A DNA stretch of 64,000 nt from Mobula birostris (lineage: Eukaryota): NCBI RefSeq assembly GCF_030028105.1, contig NC_092376.1, positions 134,476,230-134,540,229 on the forward strand. The letters run 5' to 3'. Positions 1 through 13,164 of the stretch are shown piece by piece. Position 1 is the first letter of the stretch; each line of letters starts with the position of its first letter. The notes beneath the pieces were generated by a model, which saw only the letters and a list, made by a program, of their open reading frames with translations, was not told the DNA's origin and did not search any database. A program made the translations under genes and the position numbers.

Positions 1-56
1 ACAAATTCAGGATTGAAGGATGTCCTTTTAGAACTGAGATGCAGAGAATTTACTTT
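1..56 (+). mobile_element. CR1 LINE ORF2 3' fragment (runs off window edge)
   Basis: Encodes FRIEGCPFRTEM-like C-terminal CR1 ORF2 motif, matching LRIEGKPFRTEI in the 17.7-20.9 kb CR1. Confidence 0.6.
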
Positions 57-3000
57 ACAAGATCACAAGACAAAGGAGCAGAAGTAGGCCATTCGGCCCA
101 TCGAGTCTGCTCCGCAGCTCTCCCATGAGCTTAACTATTCACCCATCTAGTTCCAATTTCCGGCTTTTTCCCCATATCCCTTGATATCCTGACTAATTAG
201 GTACCTGTCAATCTCCTCCTTAAAACACCCTCAATGATCGGGCCTCCACAGCTGTATGTGGCAACGAATTCCACAAATCCGTGACCCTCTGGCTAAAAAA
301 ATTTCTCCTCATCTCTGTTTTAACCGGGTACTCTCTAATTCTAAGACTATGGCCCCTTGTCCTGGACTCACCCACCAAGGGAAACAACCTTTCCACATCT
401 ACTCTGTTCAACCCTTTCAACATTCGAAATGTTTCTATGAGATCCCCTCTCATTCTTCTATGCTCTAATGAATACGGTCCAAGACCCAACAAATGCTCCT
501 CATATGTTAGCCCCTGCACTCCAGGAATCATCCTCGTAAATCTTCTCTGAACTCTCTCCAACATCAGTACATCATTTCTAAGATAGGGGGCCCAAAACTG
601 CACACAGTATTCCAAATGAGGTCTCACTAATGCCCCATAGAGCCTCATCAACACCTCCTTACCCTTATACACTATTCCTCTTGAAATGAATGCCAACATA
701 GCATTCGCTTTCCTTACTGCCGATCCAACTTGGTGGTTAACCTTTAGGGTATCCTGCACGAGGACCCCCAAGTCCCTTTGCACTTCCGATTTTTGAATTT
801 TCTCCCCATCTAAATAATAATCTGCCCGATTATTTCTTCTTCCGAAAAATACAACCGTACATTTGTCAACGTTGTACCTCATCTGCCATTTCTTTGCCCA
901 TGCTCCTAAACTGACTAACTCTCTCTGCAACCTTTCCACTTCTTCAACATTTCCTGCTCCTTCACCTACCTTGGTGTCATCTGCAAATTTAGCCACAAAA
1001 CCATTTAATCCATAATCTAAATCATCGCTATACATCGTAAAAAGAAGTGGCCCCAACACCGACCCCTGCGGAACACCACTAGTAACCGGCAACCAATCAG
1101 AATACAATCCCTTTATTCCCACCCTTTGCTTTCTGCCTATCAGCCAATGCTCCACCCATTTCAATATCTTTCCTATAATTCCATGGGCTCTCATCTTATT
1201 AAGCAGCCTCATATGTGGCACCTTATGGAAAGCCTTTTGAAAATCCAAATATACAACATCCACAGCCTCTCCCTTGTCAATCTTATTCCAGATTACCTCA
1301 AAAAATTCCAATAGGTTGGTGAGACAGGATCTTCCCTTCATGAAACCATGCTGGCTTCGGCCTATCTTGTCATGCACCTCAAGGTATTTCATAACCTCGT
1401 CCTTGAGGATTGACTCCAATATCTTTCCAACTACCGATGTCAGACTAATAGGTCTGTAATTTTGTTTTTGCTGCCTCCTTCCTTTCTTAAATAACGGAAC
1501 AACATTTGTGACCTTCCAGTCCTCCGGAACCATGCCAGAGTCTACTGATTCCTGGAAGATCATTTTCAATGCTTCCACAATCTCCAAAGCCACTTCCTTC
1601 AGAACCCTTGGGTGCACCTCACCCGGACCGGAGGCTTATCTATTCTTCGTCCACTTAGCTTCCCAAGCACTTTCTCTCTAGTAATCTTGACTGTACCTAA
1701 TTCTATTCCCTTATACCTCTGGCTATCAGGTATATTGCTCATGTCTTCCACTGTGAAGACTGATGCAAAATACTCATTCAGTTCCTCCGCTATCTCTTTG
1801 TTATCCATTATAATTTCTCCAGCCTCATTTTCAATCGGTCCCGTATCTACCCCTGCCACTCTTTTACTCTTCATATATTTAAAAAAACTCATAGTATCCT
1901 TTTTTATGTTAATCGTCAACTTCCATTCATAATTCATCTTTTCTTTCCTAATGACTTCCTTAGTTTCCTTCTGTAAGTTTTTAAAAGTCTTCCAGTCCTC
2001 ATTTTTCGCACTACTTTTTGCTTCCTTGTACGCCGTTTCTTTTGCTTTTATTTTTGCCTTAACCTCTCTCGTTAGCCACATTTGTGCCACTTTTCGATTC
2101 ATGATTTTCTTTTCTCTGGGAATATAATTTTCCTGCATTTTCCTTATTTCTTGTAGGAATTTCATCCAATCCTGCTCTGCCGTCCCTCCATTTAGCTTAC
2201 TTTTCCAATCGACTTGGGCCAGTTCCTCTCTCATACCACTGTAATTTCCCCTGTTCCACTGAAATATCGATACACCTGATACCAGCTTCTCCTTTTCAAA
2301 TTTGAAACTGAACTCAATGATATTATGATCACTACTTCCAAGGGGTTCCTTTACCTCCAGGCCCCTAATCGCCTCAGGTTCATTACACAGCAGCCAATCC
2401 AAAACAGCCGGTCCTCTGGTGGGCTTCTGGACAAGCTGCTCCAAAAAGCCATCCTGTAGGCATTCTACAAACTCCCTCTCCTGAGATCCATTACCTTCCT
2501 GACTTTCCCAATCCACTTTCATATTAAAATCCCCCATAATTATTTTGACACTTTCCTTCTGACACGCTTTTTCTATTTCCAGCTGCAACTTGTAGTCCAC
2601 ATCCCGGTTGCTGTTTGGAGGCCTGTATATAACTGCTATTAGTGTCTTTTTACCCTTGCCATTTCTTAATTCTACCCATAAGGATCCTATCTCTTCTGAT
2701 CCTATGTCCCTTCTTTCTATTGATTTGATATCGTTACTTACCATCAGGGCCACGCCACCCCCTTTACCTACCTTCCTATCTTTCCTATACACTGTGTATC
2801 CTTGGATATTCAGCTCCCAATCACATCCATCATTTAGCCATGACTCAGTAATGGCCACAATGTCATATCTTTTAACCTGCAGCTGTGCAGCAAGGTCATC
2901 CACTTTATTTCTAATGCTACGTGCATTTAAGTACAGTACATTTAGATCAGTATCTGTTGTTGATTTTGCTATATTTCTATTTTGCAGCAAATTATCCTGT

Positions 3001-3223
3001 ATATTCACCGGCTTGTCCTCCTTGCGATCTTTGCTGCACAGTATTTTTGACTAATTTCTATTTTCCTCTTCCTCGACCCTAACACCTTGGTTTCCTTCCC
3101 CTTGCCAACTTAGTTTAAACCCTCCCTAACAGCTATATTAAACAATCCCACCAGGATATTAGTACCTTTTGAGTTCAGGTGTAATCCATCTTTTTTTTAT
3201 AAGTCATACCTTCCCCAAAATAG
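57..3223 (-). mobile_element. CR1 LINE, 5'-truncated in the end of ORF1, near-intact ORF2
   Basis: ORF1 C-terminus (DGLHLNSKGTNIL...EGLN*, SGNH DxxH motif) at about 3110-3223; APE + RT ORF2; 3' UTR ending in a (TCTTGTGA)-type tail at 57-70. Confidence 0.95.
220..3008 (-). pseudogene. CR1 ORF2 (APE endonuclease + reverse transcriptase), one frameshift near 1620
   Basis: ORF 1599-3008: LNARSIRNK, ITESWL, YRPP, GDFN, SDH. ORF 220-1617: NYRPISLTS, LDFQKAF, GVPQGSVLGP, FADD. Confidence 0.93.
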
Positions 3224-3312
3224 ACTACCATTAACTACACACTAGAGGCAAATTACAGAGGCCAATTAACCTACCATGGAATAAATTTCTAACTCATTTA
3301 GCCTTAAAATGA

Positions 3313-3866
3313 TACGTACTCAGTGGCCACACCTGTACTCCTGCTTGTTAATGCAAGCATCTAATCAGCCAATTATGTGGTAGCAACTCAATGCACAAAA
3401 TATGCAGACCCAGTCAAGAGATTCAGTTGTTCAGACAAAACATCAGCACGGGGAAGAAATGTGATCTAAGTGACTTTAACTGTGGAATGATTGTTGGTGC
3501 TAGACAAAGTAGTTTGATGGCTTGAGTACCTCAGAAACTGCTTATCTCCTGGGATTTTCAGTGCAACAGTCTCTAGGCTCTAGAGTTTGCAGAGGATGGA
3601 GTGAGAACCAAAAAAAAAATCCAGTGAGTGGCAGTTCTGTGGGTGAAAATGCCTTGTTAATGAGAGGGGTCAGCGGAGCATGAACAGACTGGTTCAAAAC
3701 TAACAGGAAGGTGATAGTAACTCAAATAACCACACGTTACAACGGTGGTGTGCAGAAGAACATCTATGAATGCACAGCACATTGAAGAATGAAGTGCATC
3801 GGCTACACCTGCAGAGGAGCATACTGGGTTCCATTCCTGTACCTAATAAAGTGGCCACTGAATGTA
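3313..3866 (+). mobile_element. Tc1/mariner-derived non-autonomous DNA transposon
   Basis: Inverted termini (t)actcagtggccac ... gtggccactgaatgta ending in TA; internal GKKCDLSDFNCGMIVGAR..LSTSETA matches the Tc1 transposase N-terminal HTH. Confidence 0.85.
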
Positions 3867-4121
3867 CGTTACTTATAAACTAGAATTAATTCTTTACAGG
3901 TAAGCTATTGCTTATTAACTGCATCTTTTAAAGTAGTTTTCCAATCTACCGTGGCAATTCGCATCTCTACTTTTGTAGTTGCTTTCAATCAGGCACAGAT
4001 TTCAGATTGAATTAAATCACTTTCAGTTTTTATATAAAACTTGATCACCAGAGAGCTTGCTCTCTTTTTGGTTCCTCAGGAAACTGATATCACCATCTCT
4101 TATACTCACCATAAATTTTTC

Positions 4122-4345
4122 CTGCAGAGCAGAGGGACATGCATTTAGAATAGAGACAAGAAAGAATTTCTTTGGCCAAAGGGTGCTGAATCTTTGGAAC
4201 TCATTGCCACAGATGGCAGTGGTGTTCGAGTCATTGGATGTATTTAAAGAGGAGTTTGATAGTTCCTTGATTACTCAGAGTGTCAAAAGTTATAAGGAAA
4301 AGGCAGGATAATGGATTTGAAAGGGTTAATAAATCAGCCAGGAAT
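4122..4345 (+). mobile_element. CR1 3' fragment
   Basis: FRIETRKNFFGQRVLNLWNSLP plus the CR1 3' UTR motif gggccgaatggcc. Confidence 0.85.
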
Positions 4346-7300
4346 GAATGTTGGACCAGACTCAATGGGCCGAATGGCCCTAACTCAGCTCCTATATCTA
4401 ATGAAACTGTTCTTTATACATGAGCAAGGAGTTGATTGCTCCTACTTCTTATGGTTTATTATTGTTGCTGGTTTTCTCTTTCATTATCTAAACAAATGTC
4501 CCTTATGCTTACTGCATAAACCTTTTTAATCCTTCATCTTGCTGACAGAAGCTTAACCAAACACTTTACTGTTTAAGAACGATATTAGCATGGAAAGTTT
4601 GTAGAGGAATAAACATCTAGAGGGAAACCTAGACTCTTCTCTGTGGATGGGGCAATTGTTGGAGGTAATTTATTTTTCTACATCGATAAGGATCTTGTAG
4701 GTAAGCCATTTTAATCATGGTCTATGCTTTTTGAAGGTAGGCAAAAACAGGTGAATTGACTTTCTCCATATTTGCTCACTTGTATGTTTTGTGGTCTTGA
4801 AAATAAAATATCTTAAAGACTTAGCAATATCTTGGCTAGCTTTAACTTTGTATCCCTTATGGGTCAAGTTGAAGGAGTGCATGAACTTCAGGTCAAGAAA
4901 TTCAGTTCTGATTTCAAGGAAGTTTCACTGATTAAACTTTTGCATAATTTGTCTACATTAGAAGATACAAGTAGCAGAATTCAACTTCTATTTATTCAAT
5001 GCATAGTAGAATTAATCTAACTGGATGACTAACTGACTTTCAAACTAATTTCCCCAATGTCTCTTCAAATGCATTAACATTAGAACTCAAACATCATTCA
5101 AACTATACTTTTTGATTTTCAAGCTATACCTTCTCAACTTTGGCTGTTCACTTCCAACAAAAATTTTAAAAAATGTTGTTGACAATTTATTTCTGTCACT
5201 ACTGTTACCAGGTATTGTTTTTATCCACTTTATTGGTCAATTAATTGGACGAATTTAATCCTTAGTTTCATGTCAGTAAACATATTTTTGTATGTTGGAA
5301 ATATGGAAATATTCTTACCTGATATGCAGAGCACAATAACTTATTCCTCTCAGTTTATTAGGTCCTCTAAATCTAAGTATACTTACAAAATTTTGAGAAG
5401 ACAATGTTCACTGTTATGATGGAATAAATGCAAATGAATTAAAAACAAAGTATTTTTTCTTGAACAGTTGAACTGTTATGTTGCGGAATCTGATTAACAA
5501 GAACTTTCAACCAGCAAAATGTAAATATTTGGGATTTGCATCTCTGGCGTTTAGTTTCCTAGTTTCTTATTTTTAATGTTTTGCTTGGCCTGTGTTATCT
5601 TTAGCCTATATATATGAAAGCTAGAATAAGTGAGAGTACAAATTTTAAGGAGGGGAGCCACCCTAGATTAGATTGAAAGTTTTGGTTGTATGGGGAGCGC
5701 TTTGGAAGTTTTTTGTTTAGTAATGCCTGTGATCATCCTCAGTTGGGGAGGTAGATCTAGGTCTCAGGGGTTAATTGTCTTTTCTTGTTTGTGTTAAGGG
5801 GTGGGGGGAGTGTTTTGGGGGATTACCATGGCATTTTATTCATTTTATTCTTTTGTGTGTTACAGATGGCCCAGACTTTTTTTTTCATTGTGCGTTATTG
5901 TGTGCCCTTGCACTGTTTTGGCTTGTAGGCCCTGTGTGTCTTTTGATATGGTTAACATGAGTGCTGCTGATGGAGGCCACCCTGTGAGGTTTATTTCTTG
6001 GAATGGAAAGGGGCTCAATGGTCCTGTTAAAAGAACTAAAGTTCTCTCTCATCTGCAACAATTAAAAGCAGATATACTATTTCTACAAGAGACACATTTA
6101 AGAGTAGAAGACCATAATAGACTCCGTAAAGCATGGATTAGTCAGGTTTTTCATTCCAGATTTAATAGCAGGTCCGGTGGGTGGCAATACTAATCACCAA
6201 AAGAATGCAGTTTACACCATCTGATGTAATCCATGATCCTAATGGCCGCTTTATTATAGTCCCTGGGTCTCTTTTTCAGATACCTATCATTTTGGTAAAT
6301 GTTTATGCCCCTAATAGGGATGATGTCCAATTTGCAAATAAGGTTTTGTCATTAATACCTAACCTGAATACACACCAGCTAATCTTTTCAGGAGGTTTGA
6401 ACGGTGTTATTGATCCATTGCTTGATAGGTCTAGCTCTAGGGGAACTTCTTCTAGTATGGCAAAGGCCTTCTCGATGTTTATGCAACAAACTGGTTATAT
6501 GGATCCTTGGAGATTTTTGATTCCATCGGTTAGGCAATTCTCTTTCTCTTCTCATATTCATCACTCCTATTCTAGGCTAGACTATTTCTTTATAGATAAC
6601 TCCTTGATACCAACGTTTAGACAAATTGAGTACACTGCTATAGTTATATCTGATCACTCGCCCGTGAAACTGGACCTGTGTTTTCCCTTAAACATTAGAG
6701 TACGGCCTCCGTGGAGACTTAACCCCCTTTTGCTTTCCAATGAGAAATTTTGTAGTTATATATCGGCTAACATTGACACATTCTTCGAGACTAACAAAAG
6801 TGACTTGGTATCATACTCTTTACTTTGGGAAACTTTAAAAGTTTACTTGAGGGGTCAAATAATATCATGCCAATAAAGAACGTAGGAAGGAAATGCAAAC
6901 GTTATTGCAATCTATTTTGGACCTGGATAGGCAATATTCTGAGGCACCCACTGCGGAATTATATAAAAGCCGGGCTGATTTGCAACAGAAGTTTAATCTC
7001 CTATCTACAAACCTATCAGAACAATTAATCCTTAAGACACGTGGCCTCTATTATGAATATGGTGACAAGGCGAACCGGCTTATGGCTCATCAATTGAAGC
7101 GCCAAGCTGCATCACGACTTATTCCCTAGAGAAGAGACAGGCACCAAAACTTGACAAGCAACCCAAAAGAGATTAATAACATCTTTGCAGCTTTTTATTC
7201 CTCTCTGTATACCTCAGATATAACGAATGTGGAACGTTTTTTAGATACAGTAATTTGGAAATACCAACTCTTGAATCAGAGGAGATGGAGAATTTATGTT

Positions 7301-8161
7301 GGGCTCTTGGGCAGGAAGAGATTAATAATGCCATTATGGCTATGCAGAGTGGTAAGTCCCCAGGCCCTGATGGTTATCAGATAGAATTTTATAAGAAATT
7401 TAGGGATAGGCTCATACAGGTCCTACTAGAAGTGTTTCAGGAATCTTTGGAGAACGGTTCCTTACCCCCTACTCTTTCACAGGCATCTATTTTGCTACTT
7501 CTTAAAAAGGACAAGGACCCGACTCAATGTGGATCATATCACCCCTCTCATTTTTGAACGTGGATGTGAGAATTTTGGCTAAAGTGCTTGCATGCCGTTT
7601 AGAACACCCCCTTCCCAAGAAAATCTCAGATAATAAAACAGGTTATATTAAAAATCGCCACTCTTTTTTTAATATCCGTCGACTGGCTGATGTGGTTTAT
7701 TCACCCACTGCCTCTCCGAGTCCGGAGGTTGTTATCTCCTCGGACATGGCGAAGGCGTTTGATAGAGTGGAGTGGGTATACTTGTTTAGTGTTTTGGAGA
7801 AATTTGGATTTGGCAGAATATTTGTAGCCTGGGTTAAGCTATTATATCACTTGCCTTTAGCATGCATACAGACGAATTATTCTCGATCTGACTATTTCCC
7901 ATTAACACATGGCACTCGCCAAGGCTGCCCATTGTCCCCTCTTCTCTTTGCAATTGCAATTGAGCCTCTTTCTATTGCACTTAAGTCAACTATGTTATTT
8001 CAAGGCATTAGGAGAGGGGACATGGAAAACCGTGTATCCCTATATGCTGATGACTCTTACTTTATGTTAGCGATGCTGCAGGTAGCAGTCCTGCTATTGC
8101 ATCATTATTAGGTCAATTTGGAGCCTTCTCTGGCTATAAACTGAACCTTCAAAAAAGAAAA

Positions 8162-8282
8162 CAACAGGAATTCTGCAGATGCTGGAAATTCAAGCAAAAC
8201 ACATCAAAGTTGCTGGTGAACGCAGCAGGCCAGGCAGCATCTGTAGGAAGAGGTGCAGTCGACGTTTCAGGCCGAGACCCTT
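8162..8282 (-). mobile_element. Penelope-like pseudo-LTR 3' fragment (single arm with tail) inserted in L1
   Basis: Matches PLE termini at 28688 and 48597; flanked by the perfect 15-bp TSD cttcaaaaaagaaaa (8147-8161 / 8283-8297). Confidence 0.85.
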
Positions 8283-8437
8283 CTTCAAAAAAGAAAATGC
8301 TTTCCCATTAATAACTTGACCCTACAGATCCGACAGGAATCTTTGCCTTTTCCTTTATCTCAAGATGGTTTTGTATACCTAGGAATACACGTTACTCGTT
8401 CTTCTACATCTCTGTTTGAAGCTATTAACCCTTTAGC

Positions 8438-8592
8438 CATCTGGACACAAGCTGGGGTCTGATCAGCCCCGGCTGGGTCACCTGGAGGAGGTTATATGAT
8501 GTTGAAAGACCCGAAACACCCGATGATTCCAGGAACATCACTGAAGATGTGTCCAGAAGCATCAGTAGATGTATGTACACAGCAGGCCTCAG
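8438..8592 (+). mobile_element. Short insertion in L1, probable 3' UTR of an R2-Hero-like non-LTR element
   Basis: Interrupts the L1 frame between FEAINPL and MKADFERW; tttagc repeated at 8432-8437 / 8593-8598; family assignment is from recall only. Confidence 0.5.
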
Positions 8593-11101
8593 TTTAGCTA
8601 AATGAAGGCTGATTTTGAGAGATGGCACTGTTTACCCCTTACTATAGCTAGGAGAATTCAATCAGTGAAAATGACTATACTTCCTAGATTTCTTTATTTG
8701 TTCCAGTGCTTGCCAGTTTTCTTATCTGAATCAGTCGACCAAGCTAGAACCTCCTTTATTTGGAAAAATAAGGTCACTAGGTTTAATAAGCAAATTCTCC
8801 AAAGAGATCATGACGTAGGTGGAATGGGCCTTCCTAGCTTTATTCATTATTACTGGGCATCGAACATTCAAAAGATATTATTTTGGCTCCACCAGCCAGA
8901 TATAAACTGGTACCTGCTTGAGACACGGTCTTGCCACTCCTCATCTCTCCCAGCTTTAGTGTATTCTTTGTGGCCATTGAAATTCTCTCAATTCACATCT
9001 AACCCAGTTGTGCTCTTCACCCTCAAAATTTTTAGTCAATTTCGCTGCCACTATAAGTTCACATCTGCTTCAGTTTTGGGTCCCATTCATCGAAACCATC
9101 TATTTCCCCCCCCTACACTCAATTCAGTTTTCAGACAATGGGGTTTGAATGGTCTTATGCATATTAAGGATTTGTACATTGATAATATATTTGATAGTTC
9201 TGATGACCTGTGCAGTAAATATGGTCTTCCGCATAATCACTTTTTTAAATACCCACAGACTCGCCACTTTGTCAAGGAAAAATTTCCCTCCTTTCCTGAT
9301 CTACCACCTGCTATGTTGTGGGAAAAACTCACTCTTAGCTTTAATGATAAAGGGCTGATCTCTGTACTATACTCTCAGCTGATGTCTTTGGGAGTTCAAG
9401 ATCTAAACAAAACTAAGACTAGGTGGGAGGATGACCTCGGTATGGATCTGGCTGAGGAATAATCGGCAAAAGTATTGAATAGGGTTCATTCCTCGTCATC
9501 ATGTTCTAGACTGGGGCTCATACAATTTAAAGTTTTACACAGGGTACACTTAAGTAAAGCCAGGCTTGCTGACATATATCCTGGGACAGACACTAGCTGT
9601 GATAGGTGTTCCTTCTCTCCGGCTGGTTTAGTGCACGCATTTTGATCTTGCCCTCTGCTTCATGGTTATTGGGCACTGGTTTTTAAAATCATCAATGAGG
9701 TTTTGGGGGTGACATTGAGATCTTGCCCGCTTATAGCTGTATTTGGTGTGACAGATGATGCTTTGGGTTTAAATGCAAACCAGTCAGATATCATTGCATT
9801 TACATCGCTATTGACCCATAGGACAATCTTGCTGGTCTGGAAATCTACCACCCCCTCATCTGCTGCTACTTGGTTAGAGGACATAATGTCTTTTCTGAAA
9901 TCAGAAAAGATTAAATTTACTCTGAGGAGATCTGTGAAAAAGTTCTATTCAAAATAGGGACCTTTCTTGTCATGTTTTGGGAGTCTTAAGGAATTACGTA
10001 CCAGTTGAGGGCATTTGATTGTACTTGGAGATTTGCCCCCTTTTAACACGCATATGGTTTACCTCACAGGGTGGTTGATGTATTGTAATATGAGTGTATT
10101 CTGGATCATCTGAAGTGTTGTGGATGTGAGTGGGCCTTCGCCTTGAAGGAATGTGGGGTATGACTGTGCAGTGTCCGTACTTGTATTTGTGAAGTGTTGT
10201 ATTGTAAATATATTAGCTGCCATGGTATGTTTGGGAAGGGCGGGTGAGGGGAGTTTTGTTTAGGGGTAAGATATAAAAGCAAAATGGAGGAAAATGTAAT
10301 GCATTACAGATTCTGTATTTTATCATTCCTTCAATAAAAATAAAATTTTAAAAATAAAGAATTTTTTGATAAATCAAGCATAAAATGATGAGATATGTCA
10401 GTGTTTGCATTTTAATATGTGATGTTGAATAGCAGTATTGAAAGTGGAAGAATATTATGACCTTCAGTTCGAATGTTAATGCAATATTATTGAAAGTCAT
10501 AATCATCTATGATTCCAATAGTCTAGGAGTTAGTTCACTTTCAAAATTTATAAAATAGATTAATCATTCCAACTTAAAATGATATTTTAACCTTGTGTAG
10601 CTTATCTATATCTCTCAAGACTGTCAAAGCAAGTAGTCTTCCCAACATGTAGCTGTAGGAAATAAGGTGGCAATCATTGAAACATCAAGGTGACTTTGAA
10701 GGAATAATGAATTGTACAGCTTTCATGCCTACAATCGGGTGTAATTTCATAAAGCACTCATGATGAGGGCAAGGGAAAAGAGCACCATCTTTGGTGTGAT
10801 CTGTTAAAATGAATATGCTCATTATCATTGTTCAGTCAACTCCCATGGGTCATTAGAATTACAGTCTTTGGCATGATAAAATAACAAATATGCAGATATC
10901 AAACATGTCAGTGCATCTGTCCACCTAAAGGTTACATTTCACAATGGCATATAAAATTATGAATAATTTACAGATTTGAGTGGAAGTCAAAGTCATTTTA
11001 ACATTTCAAATGTTGAATGTTGGGCTTCATCAGGATCCGGTTGTCCTTGCATACAAATCACAGCAAGTTAATGTGTAAGTACAGTAACTAACTATTAAAG
11101 C

Positions 11102-11297
11102 CACACACACACAAAAATGCTGGTGAACGCAGCAGGCAAGGCAGCATCTATAGGAAGAGGTACAGTCGACGTTTCAGGCCGGAACCCTTCATCAGGACGG
11201 ATGCTGCCTGGCCTGCTGCTCTCACCAGCATTTTTTGTGTGTGTTGCTTGAATTTCCAGCATCTGCAGATTTCCTTGTGTTTGCATTTTTAAATGAG
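11102..11297. mobile_element. PLE-derived hairpin mini-element
   Basis: Inverted arms acacacaaaaatgctggtga...gcatc / gatgc...caccagcattttttgtgtgt, with a tail on the right arm; TSD ctattaaagc (11092-11101 / 11298-11307). Confidence 0.85.
11165..11198 (-). ncRNA. Minimal type-I hammerhead ribozyme motif (best-preserved copy)
   Basis: Minus strand reads GUC CUGAUGA AGGGUUCCGGCCU GAAACGUC GAC: intact CUGANGA and GAAA cores, palindromic ACGU in place of stem III, GUC cleavage triplet, stem I GUC/GAC. Confidence 0.7.
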
Positions 11298-13164
11298 CTA
11301 TTAAAGCTACCATTTTTTTACAGAGACAGTGAAGTATGTAAGTGAACATGTTTAGTACAGATATGTATATTTAGTATAGAGACTGCACTAGGTGTACCGT
11401 TTGCACGTTTTTTCTTTCTTGCCTAAGGAGAAATATTCTTTCCTTTGAGGTAGAGCAATAAATTTTCAACAGACAGATTTCTGGGATGAAGGATGGAGAA
11501 ATTCACTGTTCATAACACTAAATGCACTTATAGTTCCTTCACCTCTTGGTACTTCCTATAATAGTGTATAGTGCTCATGATTATTAATGAATTTCTAGGC
11601 AATAATATTCATAATGCATTTTGCAGGTAGATCTGTCAGGATGTTCACCTCTGGGTTTAGTTATAGGAAGCGACAATTTCAAAATAAGGAAATGGCGAAA
11701 TTTGTACGAAGTTTTGTGAATCAGAAATTCTGTAAGCACCAAATAGCAATACTTTTGAACAATGGAGCAGGCATGCATGGCTTCTGCCATGTCAGTCGTG
11801 AAATGCTCTGCAATTATTATTTAGTGAAAATTAGCTTCCTAGCTGTTGGACAATATATGAATTGCTTCAGATTATTGTTGGGTTAAGTTTAGTATCTCTG
11901 ACAGCACTCTGAGACGTTTTCTGTAATAGCAGCTTTTTTTAAACAATGATTTAAGTATTAGAATTCATCTGCAGAAGTCATAATTTTGCTGCTATATTGT
12001 CTAATTTCATGATATAAAAGCATAAGGTATGATTAAATCAATTCTGTAGTATCACTTTTGTTTCTGAATGATCAGATTTATTGGTATTAGTTGCTGTTCT
12101 TATTTTTAAAGTAATATAAATGAGTTTTTATTTTGTGGGAAATTAAATACGAAAAAAAATTAACACATTAGAATCAATATTAAATACATTTTCTGCCTAT
12201 TTAGGTTGTTTGAGAATGATTATGAAACTTACCATTTAATTGTCACCTTGTCATTAGTATTTTGTATCTTTGATCCAATGTTTTTTTTATTGGCATCCAC
12301 TTGTAAGTTGTTGGATGACCAGTCCACCATTATGAAAGTCAAACTTCTTGCAAGCCCCTAAAATGATTATGTAACCCTCTCACTGGGGCTCATATGCAGA
12401 CTTGGCTCATTAGCTAACTGCTAACAGCCATGTGAGTCAGCAGTGAGAAAGTCACCTTTCATAAACAATATACTACTAGGGTTGGTGTAATTTGGAATTC
12501 AACCAAACAGGAATGTTGTGATGTTCCAATTAATTGAAACTCAATTTGAGTGAATGCTGTGTAATTACTGCCCAGAGACAGTTATCAGTAGCCCAGGAAT
12601 GCCAGATCATGCACCAGTATAAAATTATGAAGTAAGTATATTTACCAAATTATCAACTTTAAAAAAGAGTAACAGGAAAAAAAGAAAAGAAAAATAAAAG
12701 GGCCAATACAGCTAAACCAGTCCAATGTGAACATAACATTGGAGCTCATACAGGAGAAGACAGGATTTATCTGTTCCCTCATGTGCTGGATGCTTGGTCT
12801 GTGTGAAAGCACCCACTAGATTCTGAACTCCCCTTGAATACCTCCTGAACAAGTTGGCTCCATTCATCTGCATAAAGCACTTCTTACAATGGGAACTCTC
12901 CTTCAAACAACATCCTGCAGTATCTTCCCTGTGTCCTGCTCAGCAGCTCCCATCAGAAGACGCCAAACCAGACTACTGTCCTTCAGAAAAATCTTCCCCT
13001 CACCTCTTGAGAACCTTCTCTCACATCCCACAATCCTTAATAGCTGACACATATTCCTAGGTTGGGCATGTTCCTTATCTTTAGCTGAAGCCAAAAAAGT
13101 TCTTTTCAGCGTGGCACACTACTTTTACAGAAAACTGCAAATACAACCTAATTCACGGCACAGC

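Larger units (their letters stand above)
5957..9957 (+). pseudogene. L1 ORF2 (EN-RT-C-terminal domain), multiple frameshifts and two insertions
   Basis: ISWNGKGLN, LQETHL, NVYAPN, SRLDYF, ISDHSP, KSPGPDG, GTRQGCPLSPLLF, YADD, KMTILPRFLYLFQ. Confidence 0.9.
5545..10360 (+). mobile_element. L1-clade LINE (degenerate ORF2, 3' UTR, poly(A)); 5' boundary approximate
   Basis: L1-type EN and RT across frameshifted ORFs; AATAAA and A-rich tail at about 10332-10360. Confidence 0.9.

Noticed and set aside
12700-13120. GC-richer block with several short ORFs
   Set aside because: No frame resembles a known protein and no consistent splice signals were found.
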